Origin: Erysipelotrichaceae bacterium
Lineage (GTDB): Bacteria; Bacillota_I; Bacilli_A; Erysipelotrichales; Erysipelotrichaceae
DNA length: 55,058 bases
Direction of reading: 5' to 3'
NCBI GenBank assembly: GCA_017561055.1
Contig: JAFZDT010000139.1
Location: forward strand, 1-55,058
Shown: in pieces, positions 1 through 7,877 of the stretch
How positions within the stretch are numbered: the stretch's first letter is position 1
Layout of the letters: each line of letters starts with the position of its first letter
Notes under the pieces: model-generated
The model's database searches: none
Seen by the model: the letters and a program-made list of their open reading frames with translations, nothing else
Told to the model about the DNA's origin: nothing
Made by a program: the position numbers and the translations under genes

Positions 1-1
1 G

Positions 2-1306
<1,305 letters not shown>

Positions 1307-1314
1307 GTTTAAGT

Positions 1315-1340
1315 AACCCGGTTGTAGAATCGGGTTTTCT
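1315..1340 (+). terminator. Intrinsic terminator after lysS
   Basis: AACCCG (1315-1320) pairs with CGGGTT (1331-1336) and is followed by a U-run. Confidence 0.7.
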
Positions 1341-1485
1341 TGTATTTGAAATGGGGTATAATGTGTAGAAGAATCATATGTTTGATAAGTAGTAATATTA
1401 GAAATTAATTTGTATGTTGAAAATCTTGTCAAATGTAATTGAAAAGAGTATTATTAAAAATATTTGTAGTATAGAGGTGTATTTT

Positions 1486-2601
1486 ATGATTATTGGATGT
1501 ACAAAAGAATTAAAGAACCACGAATATCGTGTTGGTTTAATCCCGGATAATGTATATACATTTGTTAAAGAAGGACATAGTGTATATGTTGAAACAAATG
1601 CTGGTGTTGGTGCTGGTTTTACAGATGAAATGTATAAAGAAGCGGGAGCTATTATTTTAGATACTGCTAAAGAAGTATATGATATTGCGGATATGATTAT
1701 TAAGGTTAAAGAACCAATTGAATGTGAATATGATTTATTAAGAGAAAATCAAATTTTATATACATATTTACATTTAGCACCAAACGCTCCATTGACGAAA
1801 GTATTAATGGAAAAAGGTGTGAAAGCAGTAGCATATGAAACAATTACTGATAAAGAAGGAAATCTTCCATGCCTTCGTCCAATGAGCCAAATTGCTGGGC
1901 GTTTAAGTGTGCAACAAGGTGCTAAATATTTGGAAAAGAGTTTTGGTGGAAGAGGAATTCTTTTAGGTGGAGTTCCAGGTGTTGAAAGAGGTAAGATTGT
2001 AATTATTGGTGGAGGAGTTGCAGGTACCTATGCAGCAAAAGCGGCTGTTGGTATTGATGCTCAAGTAACATTATTAGATATTGATTTAAATCGTTTATCA
2101 TATTTAGAAGATGTTTTTGGAGCAAGTGTAACTACTTTATATTCAACGGAAGCGAACATTCGTAAATGTCTTGCGGAAGCGGATTTAGTAATTGGATCTG
2201 TATTGATTCCTGGAGGGAAAGCTCCAAAATTGATTCGTAGAGAACATTTGTCTATTATGAAAAAAGGTGCAGTTATTGTAGATATTGCGATTGACCAAGG
2301 TGGTTGTTGTGAAACAAGTGAAGTAACAACACATCAAGAACCAGTATATATTGTGGATGATGTTGTTCATTATTGTGTAGGGAATATGCCTGGTGCAGTA
2401 CCTTATACTTCTACATTAGCATTAAATAATGCGACATTTAAGTATGCACGTATGATGGCTAATTATGGATTTGAAAAAGCAATTAAAAAGGATGCTGGTT
2501 TGGCAGATGGTGTAAATATTTATGCACACAAATGTGTAAATCAAAATGTAGCAGAATCATTGAATTTGGAATATACAGAACTTGATACAGTATTAGCTTA
2601 G
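1486..2601 (+). CDS. ald: Alanine dehydrogenase
   Basis: The N-terminus MIIGCTKELKNHEYRVGLIP is typical of AlaDH. The Rossmann motif VIIGGGVAGTYAAKAA is present. SD AGAGGTG at 1473-1479 precedes ATG 1486, so the track start 1414 is probably too early. Confidence 0.93.
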   Translation: MIIGCTKELKNHEYRVGLIPDNVYTFVKEGHSVYVETNAGVGAGFTDEMYKEAGAIILDTAKEVYDIADMIIKVKEPIECEYDLLRENQILYTYLHLAPNAPLTKVLMEKGVKAVAYETITDKEGNLPCLRPMSQIAGRLSVQQGAKYLEKSFGGRGILLGGVPGVERGKIVIIGGGVAGTYAAKAAVGIDAQVTLLDIDLNRLSYLEDVFGASVTTLYSTEANIRKCLAEADLVIGSVLIPGGKAPKLIRREHLSIMKKGAVIVDIAIDQGGCCETSEVTTHQEPVYIVDDVVHYCVGNMPGAVPYTSTLALNNATFKYARMMANYGFEKAIKKDAGLADGVNIYAHKCVNQNVAESLNLEYTELDTVLA

Positions 2602-2624
2602 AGCATGAAATTCATGCTCTTTTA
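2601..2624 (+). terminator. Intrinsic terminator after ald
   Basis: GAGCATGAA (2601-2609) pairs with TTCATGCTC (2611-2619), followed by TTTT. Confidence 0.75.
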
Positions 2625-2644
2625 TATTGGTGGATAAGTAATAG

Positions 2645-2706
2645 AAAAAAATTAAAAAAATTTTAAAAAAGTTGTTGACAATATATTTTTATGGTGATAA
2701 TATAAT
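2645..2706 (+). promoter_or_regulatory. Strong sigma-A-type promoter driving the purine-rich RNA locus
   Basis: An A/T-only UP-like tract spans 2645-2670. The -35 is TTGACA at 2675-2680. A 17-nt spacer leads to the extended -10 TGaTAATAT at 2695-2703. An overlapping perfect TATAAT at 2701-2706 would have a 20-nt spacer. The predicted TSS lies in the GGG at 2708-2710. Confidence 0.75.
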
Positions 2707-2771
2707 AGGGCTGCTTCGGGAAGAATGTTCCTAGGTGGCTAAGAGTTATCGAATAGTCGGTATTTCCTAAA

Positions 2772-4298
2772 GCTGAGTAACTAGATCCTAAGGCGCAAGC
2801 TAAGGAGATGAGGTTGTAATTCGTAAGAATGAAGGCTTCGATGCTATGGTAGCTACTGTGAAGCGAGATGGCGTACGGTGAAAGGAATTGCAGTAGGCTG
2901 AGTACCAGAATCGGATGAAAAGCATGGCAACAGGCTGGACGGAAGATGAAGATATGCACCGTGTTAACCGCTACTTGGGGAAACGGGAAGAAGGGAAAAG
3001 AAAGGTAGAAAGCTGAGTAGTCAGAAGCGTACTGAAATGGACGAAAGAAAGTCGAAGGTAAGCTGAAAGGCCGAAAGCGTAAGCATGAGGCAAGCACCTG
3101 TGGAACAGCTGTGGGAGTGAAACAGGGAAGGATGAAAGGAAACAAACAGAATGCCAAGTACTAGAAGCCGGAAGGTTCGCATGGGAAACTAGGTGAATGA
3201 TACGGTGGAAATCGATGAGTCTGAAAGGATGAATCGTAGCACTGGAAATGCCACTGTGAGGCAAGACTAGGAAGAAGGGAACGGAAGAAACAGAATGCTG
3301 AGTAGTTAGAACCTAAAACTGAAGCGGACGAAAGAATGTGGAAGAGGAAGGGGAAAGGCCGAAAGCGCAAGCATAAGGCAAGCACCTGTGGAACGGCTGT
3401 GGGAGTGAAACGGGGAAGGCTGAATGGAAACAAACAGGAAGCTGAGTTCAAGAACCTGGAAGTAAGGCATAAGAGATTAGGCTTGAGAGAAGGGGGAAAT
3501 CGTGAAGGCGAGAGCTAAAACGAGCACTGGTTCAACCACTATGAGGTGAAGCTGGGTAGAGTGGAAAGGAAGAAATAGAGACTGAGTAGTGAGATGCTAA
3601 AGCGGATGTGGACGAAAGGAAGCGGAAGTCATGTGTCTGCCCTAACAAGAAATTGGAATGGGATCGCCTGTGGAACGGCTGCGGGAGCGAAGCAGGGAAG
3701 AACGAAAGGAAACCATCAGTAGTGCCAAGTACAAGAACTAGGATGGAATACATGAGAAATCAGGTAGGAAAGAATGGGGAAGCGTAAGAAGTGAAAACGG
3801 AGGACGTGCACTGAAGTAGCCGCTGTGAGGCGACATCAGGAAGAACTGGAAAGGAAGAAGCAGAAAGCTGAGTAGCTGGAAGTTGAACAGAAGCGGACGA
3901 AAGAATGTGGATGGGAAATGGAAAATATGGAAAGTGAAAACTGGAAGTAAGCACTTGAGGAACGGCTGTGGGAGTGAATCAAGGTAGGGTGAAAGGAAAC
4001 ATACAGTGATGCTGAGTACCGGAAACCAAGAAGGTATGCATGAGAAATCAGGCAGAAGGGAATGGGGAAAACGCAAGAAGCGAAAGCGGAAGGCGAGCAC
4101 TGAAGAAGCCACTGTGAGGCGATATCAGGAAGAAAAGGGAAAAGAAGAAACAGAGGCTGAGTAGTCAGAATCCAAAACTGAAGTGGACGAAAGAAAACTA
4201 AAACAGCGGAGGTCAGAAAGTTGAAAGGAAACGATGTATGTCGTGGAATGGAAGGCCTAGAGAAGTTGGATACGAAAGTTGATAACAAGGGTGAGTCG
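2772..4298 (+). repeat. Tandem array of 11-12 diverged modules (period about 140-145 nt; 285-nt super-repeat of two alternating subtypes)
   Basis: The anchor GCUGAGUA(G/C) or GCCAAGUAC occurs at 2772, 2897, 3012, 3153, 3297, 3441, 3581, 3724, 3867, 4011 and 4156, with a degenerate GGUGAGUCG at 4290. Spacings are 125, 115, 141, 144, 144, 140, 143, 143, 144 and 145 nt. Confidence 0.85.
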
Positions 4299-4365
4299 GA
4301 AGAAGCAGCTGCAGAGATTGAATCCGATGGAAGATGAAAGGAAATTGCAGACGAAGAACAATATG

Positions 4366-4396
4366 AGTCTCAACTGAAAAGTTGAGGCTTTTTTTG
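4366..4396 (+). terminator. Intrinsic terminator of the purine-rich RNA
   Basis: AGUCUCAAC (4366-4374) pairs with GUUGAGGCU (4381-4389). That gives 9 bp including one G-U, a 6-nt loop, then U7. Confidence 0.85.
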
Positions 4397-4493
4397 TGTT
4401 ATAAAGAAGTGTATAGATAAAGACAATATAGTTAGAAAAGTGCTAAAATAAAATTGTAATAACAAATCATGTATTTTAGAAAGGGAATGACAT

Positions 4494-5846
4494 ATGGGTA
4501 GTAATAAAAGTATTAGTATCTTAAGAGATGCGCCTGTTGGAAAGGCTTTGTGGTATTTATCGTTGCCAGCTGTGCTTACAACACTGGTTGGTACAATACA
4601 CAATTTAATTGATGGTATATATGTTAGTTCTCTTAATGATAATGCAATGATTGCGGCAACAACAGTAGCTTTACCGGTAATTGTTGTTTCTGAGGCGATT
4701 GGTGAAGGAATTGGTGTTGGTACTGCTAGTTATTTAGGTAGACTTTTGGGGGCTAAAGATGAAAGTAAGGTTGAACGATTAATTGCGACTTCTATAACTT
4801 TAATGTTTTTAGTTTCAATCATTTTGTTAGTGGCGACAATTGTGTTTTTAAGACCGGTTATATCTTTCTTTACTACCGATCCAATGGTTATTAAGCATTC
4901 ATATGATTATCTTTTAATCTTAATGTGCTCTTCTATTTTTACAATTTCAAAACAAGTAGTTTCTAATATGCTTCGTGCTGCTGGTGATGTGAATTATCCA
5001 ATGAAGATTATTATTGCTAGTATTGTAGTTAATATTGTTTTAAATCCAATATTTATGTTTGATTTTGGTTTTGGATTAAAGATTAGAGGTGCGGCTATTG
5101 CGACAGTTTTAGCTGAAGTATTTGCGTCTTTTGCGATGTTTTATCGTCTTATTTTTAGAGATGATGTAATTAAATGGAGATTAGGTCATTTTGTACTTTG
5201 TATAAATTCCATAAAAGAAATTATTAATGTAGGTATACCAGTATTCATTAGAAATGGATTATCATCAATATCTTATGGTCTATTTGCGAAATCATCTGGT
5301 ATGTTTGGTACAGATTTCTTAGCTGCGAGTGGATTGTCTAGAAAAGGTGAATATTTTTCTCGTTTTGTAATTATGGGAGTTGCGCAAGGATATCAATCAT
5401 TTGCGGCTTATAACTATGGTGCTAAAAATAAACAACGTCTTATGGATGGCTTGAAGATGGCATTGAAGTTTACAATTGGGTATGGCTTCTTGATGGGAGG
5501 GTTCTTCCTATTCTTCCCACATGTTTTCATGCGTATATTAACAAGTGATGCGAATTTGATTGCGCTTGGTAAAAATATGTTAATTGGATATGCGATTTCT
5601 GTTCCGTTTGTTGCGATTTATCAAATTTTAGCTTACAATTTCCAAGCATTAGGAAAAGGTAAATTATCGTTTATTACTTCAGTATTAAGACAAGGAATTG
5701 TATACTGTCCTTTAGTAACTATATTACCTCGTTTATTTGGTATGACAGGAATGATTATTGTACAACCAATTTGTGATTTATGTAGTGCTTTGGTTGTCTT
5801 GTTCTTATCTAGATCTATCATTAAAGAAATACAAGCAATGGAATAA
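4494..5846 (+). CDS. MATE family efflux transporter
   Basis: 450 aa with a 12-TM-like hydrophobic profile. The N-terminus (PVGKALWYLSLPAVLTTLVGTIHNLIDGIYV) is typical of the MatE family. Confidence 0.85.
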   Translation: MGSNKSISILRDAPVGKALWYLSLPAVLTTLVGTIHNLIDGIYVSSLNDNAMIAATTVALPVIVVSEAIGEGIGVGTASYLGRLLGAKDESKVERLIATSITLMFLVSIILLVATIVFLRPVISFFTTDPMVIKHSYDYLLILMCSSIFTISKQVVSNMLRAAGDVNYPMKIIIASIVVNIVLNPIFMFDFGFGLKIRGAAIATVLAEVFASFAMFYRLIFRDDVIKWRLGHFVLCINSIKEIINVGIPVFIRNGLSSISYGLFAKSSGMFGTDFLAASGLSRKGEYFSRFVIMGVAQGYQSFAAYNYGAKNKQRLMDGLKMALKFTIGYGFLMGGFFLFFPHVFMRILTSDANLIALGKNMLIGYAISVPFVAIYQILAYNFQALGKGKLSFITSVLRQGIVYCPLVTILPRLFGMTGMIIVQPICDLCSALVVLFLSRSIIKEIQAME

Positions 5847-5884
5847 GCATTTCAATAGCATCTTATCTAAGTTATTCATATAAT

Positions 5885-6724
5885 ATGAATATGGAAAAGA
5901 TAGATGTAAGAAGAAATGAAAGTTTAAAAAAATATACAACATTGCATATAGGTGGTAATTGTAAGAATATTTATTTCCCTGGAAATGAAGAGGAAGTAAA
6001 GAAAATTTTAAAGGTAAATCCTATTATATTAGGTTGTGGAAGTAATGTTCTAATTGATGATACTAGAGAATTTGAATGTGCTATGGTATTAACAAAGTTT
6101 AATCAAATTAGATTAGAAGGAAATACCATCATTGCGGATGCAGGAGCTAAATTAATGGATGTATGTCTATTTGCGCTCGAACATGGTTTGACAGGGTTGT
6201 AATTTGCGTATGGAATACCAGGAAGTGTTGGTGGAGCTATTGTAATGAATGCTGGTGCATATGGTGGCGAAATTAAGGATGTAATTGTTGGTGTGAAAAC
6301 GGATAAACAGTATTATGAAAATGAGGAATGTGATTTTGGATATCGAAATTCAAAATTCTCAAATTCAAAGGAATGTATATTAAAGGGATATTTTCAATTA
6401 CAAAAGGGTGATAAATCAATCATACAAATGAAAATGGATGATTTATTACAAAAAAGAATGGATAAGCAACCATTAGATAAATACAGTGCAGGATCGACTT
6501 TTAAAAGAGGAACTGATTTTTATGCTAGTCAATTGATTAGTGATTGCGAGTTAAAAGGATATCGAGTAAATGATGCGAGTGTATCGACTAAGCATGCAGG
6601 ATTTTTGATTAATGATGGTAATGCATCCTATACGGAATTTATGCAATTAATAGAAGATGTGCAACGTATTGTATATGATAAAACAAATAAAAAATTAGAA
6701 TGTGAAGTGAAGATAATAAAATGA
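5885..6724 (+). pseudogene. murB: UDP-N-acetylmuramate dehydrogenase interrupted by a single in-frame TAA (6200-6202)
   Basis: ORFs 5885..6202 and 6245..6724 are in the same frame. Reading through gives [30 protein letters not shown]. The MurB consensus here is GL(S/T)GLEF..[16 protein letters not shown], so the stop replaces the conserved Glu (GAA to TAA). Confidence 0.8.
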
Positions 6725-6742
6725 GATTGACTCTAGTCAATC

Positions 6743-7714
6743 TCATTTGTTGTTATAGAAATTCCAAGCAGTTTGAATTATTTCATGAATATTTGTATAT
6801 TTTGGATTCCAGCCTAAGATTTCTTGGGCTTTTTTGTTACAAGCAACTAATTTAGCAGGATCTCCTGCACGGCGATCACAATAGATAGTTTTAATTGGTT
6901 GTTGTGTAACTTCTTCAGCAGCTTTAATAATTTCTAGTACGGAATAGCCTTCTCCATTACCAAGATTGATTATATTTGATGCATGTCCATCCATTAGATG
7001 GTGAATGGCTTTGATATGAGCATCAGCTAAGTCACATACATGAATATAATCTCGAATGCATGTTCCATCTTTGGTTGGATAGTCTGTACCAAATACACTA
7101 ATAGCATCACGTTGTTTTAAAGGAACTTGTAAAACTAAGGGAATAAGGTGTGTTTCTGGATTGTGTAATTCTCCAATTAATCCATTTGGATGTGCGCCAC
7201 AAGCATTAAAGTAACGAAGCGCTATATAATGCATGTCATAAGCTTCTTCACACCATTTCATCATTTTTTCCATAGCAAGTTTAGTTTCGCCATAAGGGTT
7301 TGTAGGTATGGTATCAAAATCTTCTAGTATTGGTACTTCTTTTGGTTCTCCATAAGTAGCTGCAGTAGATGAAAATACAATATACTTAACATTATGATTT
7401 TTCATAGTTTCTAATAAAACCATCATTCCATATACATTGTTATGATAATAGTCTAACGGCTCTTTCATACTTACACCAACTAAAGAATTAGCCGCAAAAT
7501 GAATAACTCCTTCAATATTTTCTTTTTCAAAAACACCATTTAAGAAAACAGAATCACGTAAATCACCTTTATAGAATTTTGCTTTTGGATGAATTAATGA
7601 TTCAAATCCCGTTTGTAGATTATCGACAATAACTACATCATGATTTTGGTCGATTAATTCATATACAGTATGACTTCCAATATATCCAGCACCACCTAAT
7701 ACTAAAATGCTCAT
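6743..7714 (-). CDS. galE: UDP-glucose 4-epimerase
   Basis: The N-terminus MSILVLGGAGYIGSHT is typical. An SDR-extended YGETK catalytic motif is present. Length is 323 aa. Confidence 0.93.
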   Translation of the reverse strand: MSILVLGGAGYIGSHTVYELIDQNHDVVIVDNLQTGFESLIHPKAKFYKGDLRDSVFLNGVFEKENIEGVIHFAANSLVGVSMKEPLDYYHNNVYGMMVLLETMKNHNVKYIVFSSTAATYGEPKEVPILEDFDTIPTNPYGETKLAMEKMMKWCEEAYDMHYIALRYFNACGAHPNGLIGELHNPETHLIPLVLQVPLKQRDAISVFGTDYPTKDGTCIRDYIHVCDLADAHIKAIHHLMDGHASNIINLGNGEGYSVLEIIKAAEEVTQQPIKTIYCDRRAGDPAKLVACNKKAQEILGWNPKYTNIHEIIQTAWNFYNNK

Positions 7715-7877
7715 AGAGATTCCTCCTGTTTCTTATCATAATTTGAGTATATAGAAGAATCATTATAATTGCAAATATTGAGATACGATTGCTTTGTTTT
7801 AACTAGGCATATATAATGAAATTACAATAAATTAGAAATCTATAATAAGTAAACTGACTCTAAAAGGAGGACGGTGT

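Larger units (their letters stand above)
2708..4396 (+). ncRNA. Candidate large (about 1.69 kb) purine-rich, internally tandem-repeated non-coding RNA of unrecognised family
   Basis: A promoter and terminator bracket the unit on the + strand. Stop codons on the + strand are dense. The minus-strand ORFs overlap in all three frames and are low complexity. Recurrent hairpins show compensatory changes between internal copies, and GNRA-capped mini-helices are present. An 8-bp complement links 2710-2717 and 4302-4309. Confidence 0.7.

Noticed and set aside
2801-2822. AAGGAG followed by ATG in the 5' domain of the RNA, as a possible leader peptide
   Set aside because: The ATG directly abuts the SD with no spacer, and the ORF is only 3 codons (MRL-stop).
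3336-3518. A + strand 60-aa ORF (K/R/G-rich) inside the purine-rich locus
   Set aside because: It has no SD, and its composition simply mirrors GA-rich DNA. It is flanked by dense stops in all + frames and spans a repeat-module boundary.
2663-4288. Seven minus-strand ORFs (64-164 aa) that could be read as S/P/F/L-rich proteins
   Set aside because: They overlap one another in all three frames and have no SD or start context. They are low complexity and are explained by the lack of stop codons on a C/T-rich strand. The promoter and terminator point the other way.
2663-4288. A DRT2/neo-like template RNA whose antisense gives a never-ending ORF
   Set aside because: No reverse transcriptase is in the window. 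The open minus-strand frames are not continuous in one frame across modules. Composition alone explains them.
2772-4298. A possible CRISPR array, given the regular spacing
   Set aside because: The period is about 142 nt and the units are homologous along their whole length. There are no short identical repeats separated by unique spacers. No cas genes are in the window.
7715-7877. The divergent galE / galM-galK intergenic region as a regulatory site
   Set aside because: I could not identify a convincing operator palindrome or cre site by eye, so I left it unannotated.
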